54,085 nucleotides of DNA from assembly GCA_007132345.1 (NCBI GenBank), contig SLOV01000087.1:1-54085 (forward strand). Direction: 5' to 3'. The DNA is from Kiritimatiellia bacterium (GTDB taxonomy: Bacteria > Verrucomicrobiota > Kiritimatiellia > SLOV01). The translations under genes were made by a program, and so were the position numbers. Below the pieces are notes generated by a model that was not told where the DNA came from, did no database searches, and saw nothing but the letters and a program-made list of their open reading frames with translations. Below are positions 45,616-54,085 of this stretch, piece by piece; within the stretch, counting starts at the first letter, position 1, and each line of letters begins with the position of its first letter.

Positions 45616-46338
45616 CTACCAGAGCCCCTGCCATTTCATCGCCGCAACGCCCAGCGCGACCAGCAGGACCACCACGATGACCGGCAGCGAGGCAGCAAAG
45701 CCAATGCGGAGCCAGGCGCCGAAGGACGTGTTCGCCGGCAACCCGGAGCCATCGCGGAAAAGCATGCCACGCGCATCGACCGGTGCGGCCCGGTCGTCGC
45801 CCATCATCGTGTCGAGTTTGGCAATCGTCTTGTTGTAGTGCACCCGCGCCTCGTCGAGAATCGTCAACGCGCGATTCAGTTCGTCGCGAATATCCTCTTC
45901 GGCCCAGGCCCCTTCGTCGATGGCCTCGATCTCCGCCAGCGACTCCTTGAACTGGGCGCGACTGTTCCGCAATACGTCCAACAGGCGCTCCGCCTTGATC
46001 TCTTCCTTCTCCATCATAATCAGGCTCTGGCTGAGGCGGTCGAGAAGCTCGCGCCGGCCACGTTCGTATTCGTCCTGCTTCCTGCGCTGCTCTTCCAGTT
46101 CTTTACGCTTCCGCTCCACTTCGTCCTGCCGCAGCCGCAGCCGATCGAGTTCCTGCACCGACTCCGCCACCTGCCGCTCGATGTCTTCGCGGTGGCGCGC
46201 CATCTGCGTGAGGTTCAGGTCGCTGACCGGTCGATGCACGTCTTGGCTGCTTCGCTCCTGCGCATGATGCGCAACGCCTGAGGTCCGCGGCGCCTCGCGC
46301 TGCGTGAGGTCATCGTCATAAAAATCGGTCTTTGCCAT
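45616..46338 (-). CDS. Hypothetical coiled-coil, tail-anchored membrane protein
   Basis: ATG 46338 is preceded by AGGAG at 8-nt spacing. A long charged heptad-like region (RLRLRQDEVERKRKELEEQRRKQDEYERGRREL). C-terminal TM LPVIVVVLLVALGVAA. Confidence 0.6.
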   Translation of the reverse strand: MAKTDFYDDDLTQREAPRTSGVAHHAQERSSQDVHRPVSDLNLTQMARHREDIERQVAESVQELDRLRLRQDEVERKRKELEEQRRKQDEYERGRRELLDRLSQSLIMMEKEEIKAERLLDVLRNSRAQFKESLAEIEAIDEGAWAEEDIRDELNRALTILDEARVHYNKTIAKLDTMMGDDRAAPVDARGMLFRDGSGLPANTSFGAWLRIGFAASLPVIVVVLLVALGVAAMKWQGLW

Positions 46339-46377
46339 CGAAACAGCTCCTTTCATACGGCCGTGAAACGCGGCGCC

Positions 46378-47133
46378 TCAGCGGGGAATGCGCAGCGTCT
46401 GACCCACTTGCAAATCCTGGGGGTTCTTCAATATGTCGCGGTTGGCGTCATAGATGACTTTCCAACGGCTGCCATCGTTATAGACCCGTTGAGCAATACG
46501 CGACAAGGTGTCGCCGGAACGAACCGTATAGGTTTCCGGCTCCGCGGGCACGGTGGGCCGCGCGGCCGCAGCTTCTGCCGGTTCCGGCTGGGTTGCCGTC
46601 GGGCGGCCGGCGCTCTCGGCCCGCTCCCGGTGGCGGCGCAGGGCCTCGTTCAGCTCACCGATCCGACGTTGCGCCTCTTGCAGATCGCGTTCCAGGCCAG
46701 CGATCTGTGTCTTGAGCCCGGCAATCTCGGCAATGGCTGCGGAAGGCCGATCCGGCAGTGAGGCGGCGTAAGAAAGAGCGGCATGGCGGGCGAGGTCCTC
46801 GATGAGGTCCCGCTTCTCCGCATCCGGCCGAAGTTCGAGGTAGCGACGGTAGTGGTAGATGGCGCGGATGTAGTCTTGCCGGTACTCGTCATAGAGAAGC
46901 CCCACCTGCAAGTGCGCCCGGGCCATTCGCGGGTCGTTATCGAGAATGCCTTCATACTCCTCGATCGCACCGTCGATGTTCTGTGCCCGTCGCATTTGCA
47001 ACGCCCGGACCATGCGCGGGTCGTCCTCCTCCATGGCATCCAGATCGCGAACGCCAGCCGGCCGACACCCCACCAGGAGCAGCCCGCAGAAGAGGAGAAG
47101 AGGTAAAGAGTAAAAGGAAAGCCAAGAGCGCAT
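46378..47133 (-). CDS. Lipoprotein with TPR-like repeats and a C-terminal LysM peptidoglycan-binding domain
   Basis: Lipobox LLLVGC. C-terminal YTVRSGDTLSRIAQRVY...W..I...N......L.VGQ.L.IP LysM pattern. Confidence 0.75.
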   Translation of the reverse strand: MRSWLSFYSLPLLLFCGLLLVGCRPAGVRDLDAMEEDDPRMVRALQMRRAQNIDGAIEEYEGILDNDPRMARAHLQVGLLYDEYRQDYIRAIYHYRRYLELRPDAEKRDLIEDLARHAALSYAASLPDRPSAAIAEIAGLKTQIAGLERDLQEAQRRIGELNEALRRHRERAESAGRPTATQPEPAEAAAARPTVPAEPETYTVRSGDTLSRIAQRVYNDGSRWKVIYDANRDILKNPQDLQVGQTLRIPR

Positions 47134-47384
47134 AACAACTCCCTATCACTGCCGCCCCGGTGCGTCAATATAGACCGCGCCCGATGCATAAACGAAGCCC
47201 CCCACGATTTCTTGCGCATCTAGCAAAGTTGTAGGATGGGCATGCCCCGAAGGGGTTGCCCGTCCCCCCGGAGCCCACAAGCCAACCAAGCGCTCATGGA
47301 CGGCCTGATAGACCGTCCTACTCCTGCAGGCGCGCACATGGAGGAAAGCGGGATCGGTACAATATGCCGTCGTTCTCTCAGCTC

Positions 47385-47429
47385 AGAAAAATCAGAAGAA
47401 GCTGCGTCGCAGACGCCGCTTCTTCTGAG
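47385..47429 (-). terminator. Rho-independent terminator downstream of the DUF2961 gene
   Basis: Stem TCAGAAGAAGC/GCTTCTTCTGA extended by GCGTC/GACGC (47393-47429), followed on the minus strand by a T5 run (47388-47392). Confidence 0.7.
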
Positions 47430-47504
47430 GCCGGACTAAACACTGAACACCGAACACCGAACACTGCACACCCTGCCCCACCCGAAACCCGCCGCCCGAA
47501 CCCC

Positions 47505-49790
47505 TCACTCCCCCTCCCGCTCGAACATGGTTCGAAGCGCAAACGTCTTGTTCGGGTCCGCAACCTGGTCGCGCGGCCAGATGCCCGTGGCCCGCGACGC
47601 CTGATCCACCATCGCATCCGCGCGCAGGGCCCGATACGGCTCCTCCGGCGGCCCGGCTACGCCCGGCCCACCTACCCGCAGCCAACCGCTCGCGTCGAAA
47701 TCCGCCCGCTTCCACGCATCGTCCGCCGGAGCGGCCAGCCAACGCCAGTCCGGGTCGCTCACCACGATCCCCTCTCGCGTACGCAACGCCACCAGAACCC
47801 ACGCCGGACGCGCCCGATCGGGAGCGGATACGGCCAGCACATTCCGGCCAGCCGGGACCTGAAGCGGAAAATGCAGTGCCGCCGCCGCATTGCCGCCCAG
47901 CCCGACCGGCATCCCATTCAGGTACACCGTTGCCGGCGTATTGCTATAAACCGTCAGCAACCCGGCGTCTTCCCGCTCGTGAAAGCCCAGCAACAGGCGC
48001 GCCTGGTCGCGCGCCCGATCGTCCCGCACGCCGCTCAGAAATTCTTCGTACAACGGCCGGGCCACCGAAAACCCTTCCAGTTGCTCCGTGTAGGCGATGT
48101 CGCGCAGACGCAGCAACGCGGCCTCAGGATGCGCCGGGAACCGATCGAGAAAGGCGCGCACCCGCTGCTGGGCGCCGATCAGATCGCCGAGTTGTTCGAG
48201 GCCGAGCAGGTCCATCATGATCGTCTCGTTCTCCAACAAGCCGCCGGCGCGACGCGCCCCGGCATCGGGCGGAATCGGCGTCACGGCCCGCGGCTCAGGC
48301 GCATAAACGAACGCGAGCGTTTCCATCATCCCGTCCATTACATCGTAGGGCCCGCGCTCCCACTCCATACGAAACCGTTGCGCCCATGCCGGTGCATCGA
48401 GCAGGTGCACCCGATACTGGCTGGTGCGATACGGCGCCCGGCCCGTCACGCCATGCGTGGGCCGCGTCAGGACACGTTGATAATACCAGCCCCCATTGAA
48501 GTAATCTTCCAGGCCGGTCCCATGCCAGACCAGCTCCGGCGGCAGTCCGTCGATCCAGAGCCGTTCGTCGCCCTCCAGCAGGTTCCAACTCTCCTCCTCG
48601 GTCCAGACCGCCGCCTGTAGCGCGGCCAATTTACCGGCGCCCTCCCAGACAATCACGTCATGCGGGGCCTGCGTCATGGCCGGACCGCTACTTCGCCATT
48701 CGGCATGGAGATACCCGAGCGCATCGAAGGAAGGAAGTTCTTCCACCCAGGCCCTCAGCGCCAAGGTCGCGCGCGTCTGCCCATCGTTCCGCACCTCCAC
48801 GCGGGCATGGCGGCGGTACGGCATTGGCAGGTGCATGTCGAAGCGGCCCGATGCACCGCCGAACGCCAGACTCTCGAACCCTGCCGGGAACCAGGGCTGC
48901 CCGAAGAAATCGCCGAACGGTGCTTCGATCGAAGCAACTCCGTCCTCATAGAACACCCGCACCACCAATTCCCGCAGCCACTGCTCGCGCTCTATCGCGC
49001 TGCGCGCTTCTTCAGGGTCAGGCCATAACTCCAGCCTTCGCACCACCGCCGGGCCGGGCGGCAGCACCACTTCGGCGCTTTGGCCGGCCTCCACCTCAAG
49101 CCGCGCCTCGAACCGCTGCGCATCCGCATCGATCTCAGGCCGCGCCGCAAGCCGCTGCCGGGCGCGCTCGATCGCCGCCCGGTGCGAACGCTCCGCCTGC
49201 CAGGGAAAAGTTTCCACGCGGACATTGTGCAGGCGTTCGCTGTGGTTGATCTGCACATAGAGACGCTCGCCCTCGCGCGGGGCCTCTCCCATCACGACCA
49301 GCCGCCGCGCGTATGGCAACGGCAGATAGGACCACCAGGCCAGATTCTCCCAGGCCGCCAGGGGCGGCAGAAAGGGTGCTTCGTCACCGCAAAACGCGCC
49401 CAGCGTCGTGTCGATGCGCGGCTCCGGTTCGTCATCGAAATAGAAGCGCAGCCGGTATCCGTCCGAAAAGGCGCCCGTCATCCAGAATCGGCTCACATAC
49501 CCCGGCCCACGCAGGTCGGCGAGCACCACCCAGCCCGGCGGCCCGGGCCGGACAAACTGGTTGTAGTCTTCATTCCCGCCCGTCGGATCGAACGAACTGG
49601 CCATGTACGCCGCTGGCACGTCCAGGCGCGCAGGCAGCAGCGGGTCGCCCAGTTGCTCCAGCAGCCCCTCCAGATTCACTTCCTGCCGCACGCCGCCACA
49701 GCCCGTTAACCAGACTGGAAGCAACGACAGGAGAAACGCTGCCACCAGCCGCTTCGACCATGCAGCATGCTTTGCAGCAGGTTCAATCAC
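47505..49790 (-). CDS. DUF2961 (GH172-like) domain lipoprotein with a long C-terminal extension
   Basis: Lipobox WLTGC. The N-terminal SSFDPTGGNEDYNQF...GPGYVSRFWMTG is characteristic of DUF2961. 761 aa. Its start overlaps the folC stop by 8 nt. Confidence 0.65.
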   Translation of the reverse strand: MIEPAAKHAAWSKRLVAAFLLSLLPVWLTGCGGVRQEVNLEGLLEQLGDPLLPARLDVPAAYMASSFDPTGGNEDYNQFVRPGPPGWVVLADLRGPGYVSRFWMTGAFSDGYRLRFYFDDEPEPRIDTTLGAFCGDEAPFLPPLAAWENLAWWSYLPLPYARRLVVMGEAPREGERLYVQINHSERLHNVRVETFPWQAERSHRAAIERARQRLAARPEIDADAQRFEARLEVEAGQSAEVVLPPGPAVVRRLELWPDPEEARSAIEREQWLRELVVRVFYEDGVASIEAPFGDFFGQPWFPAGFESLAFGGASGRFDMHLPMPYRRHARVEVRNDGQTRATLALRAWVEELPSFDALGYLHAEWRSSGPAMTQAPHDVIVWEGAGKLAALQAAVWTEEESWNLLEGDERLWIDGLPPELVWHGTGLEDYFNGGWYYQRVLTRPTHGVTGRAPYRTSQYRVHLLDAPAWAQRFRMEWERGPYDVMDGMMETLAFVYAPEPRAVTPIPPDAGARRAGGLLENETIMMDLLGLEQLGDLIGAQQRVRAFLDRFPAHPEAALLRLRDIAYTEQLEGFSVARPLYEEFLSGVRDDRARDQARLLLGFHEREDAGLLTVYSNTPATVYLNGMPVGLGGNAAAALHFPLQVPAGRNVLAVSAPDRARPAWVLVALRTREGIVVSDPDWRWLAAPADDAWKRADFDASGWLRVGGPGVAGPPEEPYRALRADAMVDQASRATGIWPRDQVADPNKTFALRTMFEREGE

Positions 49791-51099
49791 CGAACCGCTC
49801 CAACACCTCGCCGGCGAGATAGATGGAGCCCGCCATCACCACCACTCCGCCCGCGCCTTGCGCCCAGTCCAGCGCTTCCTTCCACGCCTCGACCAGTGTC
49901 CGCTCTTCCGCTTCGATGCCCGCCACGCGCGCTGCCGCGGCCAGCTCGGACGTCGCGGCGCCGCGCTCGACCGAAAGGGGTACGACCCAACATTTCCGCA
50001 TGGCCGGCGCCCATTCGCGGAAGATGGCAGCATGATCCTTATCGTGCGCACAACCCACGATCCAGCCCAGCGGCGCGGCACCGGCCAACGGGACGACTGC
50101 CTTGCGCAGCGCCCGCGCCCCGGCAGGGTTATGCGCGCAGTCGAGGAGCACTACCGGATCGCGCCGCAGCACCTGCATGCGGCCCGGCCAGCGGACCGTC
50201 TCCAGCCCGTGCCGCAGCGCGGTGTCGGGCAGCTCCACGCCACAGGCATCGCGCAACACCTCGCAGGCCGCCACGGCAATCGCCGCGTTCGATATCTGGT
50301 GCGGCCCGAGCAGCGGCAGGCGCAGCGGACGATGCCGGGTCGACGCCGTCTCCACACGAATACGCTGCCCGTCCCAGTCGGCGCCGAGCCCTTGCACCGA
50401 TACCAGGTCCGCCGCATCCGTGAGCGGGCAGGAGACGGCACGCGCCGTGGCCTTCAACACCGCAGCCGCTTCGTCATCGAGCCCACCGATCACCGCAGGC
50501 ACGCCGGGCTTCAAAATCCCCGCCTTCTCCGCGGCAATCTCGGGGATCGATTCGCCGAGAAAGCGAGAATGGTCGCGCGCAATCGGGGTCACCACCGATA
50601 GCAGCGGCGTCAGCACATTGGTGGAATCCCAACGACCGCCCATGCCGGTCTCGATCACGCAGAAGTCGACCGATTCCCTCGCAAAGTAGGTGAAAGCGAG
50701 CGCTGTGGTGAACTCGAAGAAGGTCGGCGCCCGCAGCTTGGGGTCCGTGCGGATCGCGTCCGCATGCGCGTCAAGTTCCCGACAAAGCGCTTCGAGCGCC
50801 GCGTCGGGAATCTCCTCGCCATTCACCCGAATGCGCTCGTTGAACCGGCGCAGATGGGGCGAGGTGTAGAGCCCGGTACGGAAGCCGGCGGCACGCAGCA
50901 TCGACTCGACCATGGCACAGACGGAGCCTTTGCCATTGGTTCCGGCCACATGCACTGCCTTGAGGCTGCGGTGCGGATCGCCCAGGCCCGCCAGCAACGC
51001 CGTGGTGGCTTCGAGTCCAGGCACAATGCCGCGCCCGGTACGGTGATAGAGGTCGTGCAGGAACGCCTCCAGCCGGGCGTTGAGATCGGGCGCAACCAT
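49783..51099 (-). CDS. folC: Bifunctional folylpolyglutamate synthase/dihydrofolate synthase
   Basis: HVAGTNGKGSV P-loop and Mur-ligase layout. It lies downstream of accD, as in many bacteria. Confidence 0.85.
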   Translation of the reverse strand: MVAPDLNARLEAFLHDLYHRTGRGIVPGLEATTALLAGLGDPHRSLKAVHVAGTNGKGSVCAMVESMLRAAGFRTGLYTSPHLRRFNERIRVNGEEIPDAALEALCRELDAHADAIRTDPKLRAPTFFEFTTALAFTYFARESVDFCVIETGMGGRWDSTNVLTPLLSVVTPIARDHSRFLGESIPEIAAEKAGILKPGVPAVIGGLDDEAAAVLKATARAVSCPLTDAADLVSVQGLGADWDGQRIRVETASTRHRPLRLPLLGPHQISNAAIAVAACEVLRDACGVELPDTALRHGLETVRWPGRMQVLRRDPVVLLDCAHNPAGARALRKAVVPLAGAAPLGWIVGCAHDKDHAAIFREWAPAMRKCWVVPLSVERGAATSELAAAARVAGIEAEERTLVEAWKEALDWAQGAGGVVVMAGSIYLAGEVLERFGD

Positions 51100-51112
51100 G
51101 CCCCACCCCGTT

Positions 51113-51976
51113 TCAGGACGCGGCGGGCGCCGCCAGGAAGTCGAGCAGATGAATCAACTGCTCCTTCAATTGATCGCGCGGCACCACGCAGTCGATCAGG
51201 CCATGATCGAGCAGGAACTCCGACCGCTGGAAGCCTTCCGGCAATTCCGACTGCGTGGTCTCCTTGATCACCCGCGGACCGGCAAAGCCGATCAAGGCGC
51301 CTGGCTCGGCAAGGATTACGTCGCCCAGGGTCGCGAAACTGGCCATAACCCCCGCCGTGGTCGGGTGGGTCAGCACGGGAATATAGGCGAGGCCGGCGGC
51401 GGCATGTCGCGCCAGCGCCGCGCTTGTCTTGGCCATCTGCATGAGGCTCAGCATGCCTTCGTACATCCGCGCACCGCCCGAGGCGCAGCAGATCACCACC
51501 GGGAGTTTCTCCTCGGTACTGCGTTCGATGAGCCGCGTAATCTTCTCGCCCACCACCGAGCCCATGCTCGCGCCGAGGAATTTGAAGTCCATGACGCCAA
51601 TGCCCACCGTGTGCGGCCCGATCCGCCCCTTGCCCGATGTGACGGCATCGTAATGCCCGGTCTTGTCGACATTCTGTTTCAGCTTCGACTCATAGGAATC
51701 CACGCCCTTGAAGCCCAGCCGATCGACGCTATGCAGCACGGCATCCCACTCCTCGAAGGTGCCTTCGTCGATCAACGAGGCCAGCCGCTCCTCGCGCGAA
51801 ATCTGAAAATGGAATGAGCAGTTGGGACAGATGCCCAGGTTCTGCTCCAGATCGTTCTTGAACACGATTTCGCCGCAGGCCGGGCACTTCAGCCACAGGC
51901 CATCCGGCATGTCGCGCCGCTTCGCCTGCGTCGCCGCCGATCCGCGTCGGCCGAAAAATGGAATAAATCGTCTCAC
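51113..51976 (-). CDS. accD: Acetyl-CoA carboxylase carboxyltransferase beta subunit
   Basis: Zn-ribbon CPACGEIVF...CPNCSFH and the carboxyltransferase region GGARMYEG. 287 aa. Confidence 0.9.
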   Translation of the reverse strand: MRRFIPFFGRRGSAATQAKRRDMPDGLWLKCPACGEIVFKNDLEQNLGICPNCSFHFQISREERLASLIDEGTFEEWDAVLHSVDRLGFKGVDSYESKLKQNVDKTGHYDAVTSGKGRIGPHTVGIGVMDFKFLGASMGSVVGEKITRLIERSTEEKLPVVICCASGGARMYEGMLSLMQMAKTSAALARHAAAGLAYIPVLTHPTTAGVMASFATLGDVILAEPGALIGFAGPRVIKETTQSELPEGFQRSEFLLDHGLIDCVVPRDQLKEQLIHLLDFLAAPAAS

Positions 51977-51979
51977 GGG

Positions 51980-52711
51980 TTATCCTCTTGCCACCGTTAC
52001 TACCCAGACCCCAGCCGCGCCGGCCGCCAGCAGGCACCGCGAACATTCGCTCACGGTGGCGCCGGTGGTCATGACATCGTCCACCAGCAGAAGATGCCGC
52101 TGGCGGAATCGCGCGGGCAGCCTCGCCGAAAATGCGCCTCGAACGTTATCGGCGCGTTGCCGGGCTGTCAAACGGGTTTGCGTCGAGGTGAAGCGCACGC
52201 GGCGCAGCGCCCGCCGGGCACAAGGCAGGCCCAGCCGTTTCGCCAGGCCCGCCGCGAGCACCTCCGACTGGTTATAGCCGCGCGTCCGCCGCTTGACCGG
52301 GTGCAGCGGCACCGGCACCACCAGATCGAGCGACACCTCGTCATAATGCGTGTCGATACAGGCATAGAGCAGGCTCACCAGGTCATTCCGCAGCCAGAGC
52401 CCCTGCTCGTATTTGAAGCGCCGCACCATTTCCCGCGCCGCGGCGTCATAGCGGGCCGCGGACCGGGCCTTTTCGAAATGTCGCGGCTGGGCGCAGCAGA
52501 GATGACACTCGAAGGCGCCATCGACCCTGCCCGCCACCGGTTCACCGCACCGCGCACACATCGGCGCTTGCAGGAAATCGATTTCCGCCGAGCAGTCCCA
52601 GCAGAGGTGCGCGAACGCCTTGCCCGCCGCCGCCCCGCAGACGGCGCAGGGCCGCGGATAGAGCAGATCCCCGATCGCCCGTCCCCATTGTCGTACCGGT
52701 GCGCTCAACAT
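51980..52711 (-). CDS. ComF family protein (phosphoribosyltransferase-like)
   Basis: N-terminal Cys pairs (CAVCG...CWDC...CARCG...CHLC) and a C-terminal PRT motif LLLVDDVMTTGAT. Confidence 0.8.
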   Translation of the reverse strand: MLSAPVRQWGRAIGDLLYPRPCAVCGAAAGKAFAHLCWDCSAEIDFLQAPMCARCGEPVAGRVDGAFECHLCCAQPRHFEKARSAARYDAAAREMVRRFKYEQGLWLRNDLVSLLYACIDTHYDEVSLDLVVPVPLHPVKRRTRGYNQSEVLAAGLAKRLGLPCARRALRRVRFTSTQTRLTARQRADNVRGAFSARLPARFRQRHLLLVDDVMTTGATVSECSRCLLAAGAAGVWVVTVARG

Positions 52712-53199
52712 GCTCCGCCTCGCTCAGTCCCGCCATCGAACCTGATGAAAGACTATCCTCCCGCTGTGGTGGGGTCAAAGGCAAACGCAAGAAGATGCGC
52801 CCAGGATCAGACCTCCATTGTTGCGCTTCTGCCTGCGCGATCTTCTTGAGCCGCCCTCCTGCGCCCGGTAGAATCCCGATCGCAATAGCACCTCACATTC
52901 GCCCCTGGATTTCAGCGCATCGATTCTGGTTTCCGCGGCGGAGGGTGGCGGGTGAGTTCCACGGGAAGAGGAGGCCGACATGAGTCTGGCTGACGGTCGC
53001 GTTGTTCCATGTGGAGATTACCGGAGGTTTCATCGAAGCGGAGGGCTAACCCATGGCCTTCATCGCATGGCATGGATCGAAACAGAACAGCGTCGGCTTT
53101 GAAATTCGCTCGTTCCCAGGCGCATCCCGCCAGAATGCAGGGCAATACACAGCCGATTAACTTGCATCCACCCACGATCGGGAGCACGTTGACCATACC

Positions 53200-54085
53200 G
53201 TGTTCCGATATCCGCTTTACTTGTTCTGCTTCAGCATGGCGTTCGCCCCGGCACTGGTTGCCCATGCAGCGCTTCCGGACATCCGTATCAACGAGGTCAT
53301 GTCCTCAAATGGGTCGACCCTGCCCGGGCTGGACGGCGAATTCGATGACTGGATCGAAATCTTCAACAGCGGCGATACCCCGGCGGACCTCGGCGGCTGG
53401 GGCCTGACCGACGACCCCACACGCCCGTTCCGCTGGGTTTTTCCCGACGAAACCTGGCTCGCGCCCGGTGCTTTTCTCATCGTCCGCGCCTCCGGCCGCG
53501 ACACCACCTCGGTCAACGCTCCCGAAACCTGGATTCCCGCCGGCGCCCTGTGGCGATACGACGACAGCGGCGCGGACCATGGCGCGGCGTTCGCCGATCC
53601 GGGCTTCGACGACAGCACCTGGCCGACCGGGCTCGCGCCGTTGGGTTATGCGATCCCGCCCCGCGCCAACTATGTGACCACGACCATCGGCTTCGGCGGC
53701 GACCCGCAGAACAAATACATCACCACCTGGTTCCGCCGCAGCTTCACCGTCGACAACCCCGCCGCCGTTCAGGGCGTCGACCTGCGCCTCTGGCTCGACG
53801 ATGGCGCCATCGTCTACATCAACGGCATCGAGGTCGCTCGCGAAAACATGCCTGGCGGCCCGGTCACCGCCCAGACGACAACGCCAACCTATGTCGGTGT
53901 CTGGCCGTCCTGGAATTCATACGTCGTGCCCAGCCACCTGTTTCAGGCCGGCGAGAATTCGATCGCGGTCCGCTTGCATCAGCACGCCCCAACCAGTAGC
54001 GACCTCGCGTTCGATCTCGAACTGGAAGCGACCGTGAAGCAGACCGAACTGCACGCGAACTTCTCGCTCAGTCGCGATGGCGAGC
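53200..54085 (+). CDS. Secreted lamin-tail-domain (LTD) protein, 3'-partial (runs off the window)
   Basis: Not in the ORF track because there is no stop in the window. My reading is in frame 1 from GTG 53200, with signal peptide FRYPLYLFCFSMAFAPALVAHA. INEVMSSNG...DDWIEIFNSGDTPADLGGWGLTDD is the LTD signature. The frame stays open to 54085. Confidence 0.7.
   Translation, partial: MFRYPLYLFCFSMAFAPALVAHAALPDIRINEVMSSNGSTLPGLDGEFDDWIEIFNSGDTPADLGGWGLTDDPTRPFRWVFPDETWLAPGAFLIVRASGRDTTSVNAPETWIPAGALWRYDDSGADHGAAFADPGFDDSTWPTGLAPLGYAIPPRANYVTTTIGFGGDPQNKYITTWFRRSFTVDNPAAVQGVDLRLWLDDGAIVYINGIEVARENMPGGPVTAQTTTPTYVGVWPSWNSYVVPSHLFQAGENSIAVRLHQHAPTSSDLAFDLELEATVKQTELHANFSLSRDGE

Noticed and set aside
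52712-53199. Structured ncRNA or riboswitch in the 488-bp gap between comF and the LTD gene (ORFs 52699-52983 and 52912-53265 also listed)
   Set aside because: I could not recognise any known riboswitch, SRP, 6S or tmRNA consensus. I found no convincing long-range pairing by eye. The ORFs have no motifs or SD. An Rfam/Infernal scan would be needed.

Overview
This is a 54-kb, visibly GC-rich chromosomal segment. From gene content I guess a PVC-group bacterium (Verrucomicrobiota/Kiritimatiellota-like); this is unverified. Supporting content: an FtsZ-containing dcw tail, a lamin-tail-domain protein, a MORN protein, DUF4139 paralogs and a PD40/cadherin-like giant protein.

The backbone is housekeeping:
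- lhgO and a KamA-family radical SAM gene
- type III glutamine synthetase
- asnS
- the murG-murC-ddl-ftsQ-ftsA-ftsZ block on the minus strand
- accD-folC
- comF
- pilT

Between these lie accessory stretches:
1. A surface/envelope locus with two tandem DUF4139 genes, an MBOAT plus AlgX/AlgJ-like pair, and a 1843-aa lipase-PD40-cadherin-like protein.
2. A compact cassette with an HPr-kinase-like P-loop protein and a nucleotidyltransferase (PF14907-like) fused to a PqqD-like peptide-recognition domain. It is preceded by an unannotated 54-aa ORF ending in Ser. I rank this the best candidate for an uncharacterised peptide-modification system. No lasso cyclase or peptidase is present.
3. A lower-GC islet (about 25.55-27.3 kb) carrying an SdpI-like gene and vapBC. 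It opens with three perfectly 21-bp-phased TGGAA-N6-TTCCA palindromes, which also read as a heptad-repeat mini-ORF.
4. Several families of small palindromic repeat elements. Two show target-site-duplication-like flanks, and there is a 96-bp tandem hairpin array at the left edge.

All protein calls come from motif recognition by eye on the supplied translations. No database search, HMM, RNA folding or GC computation was run. Many long ORFs in the track are GC-driven shadow ORFs antisense to real genes and were not called.
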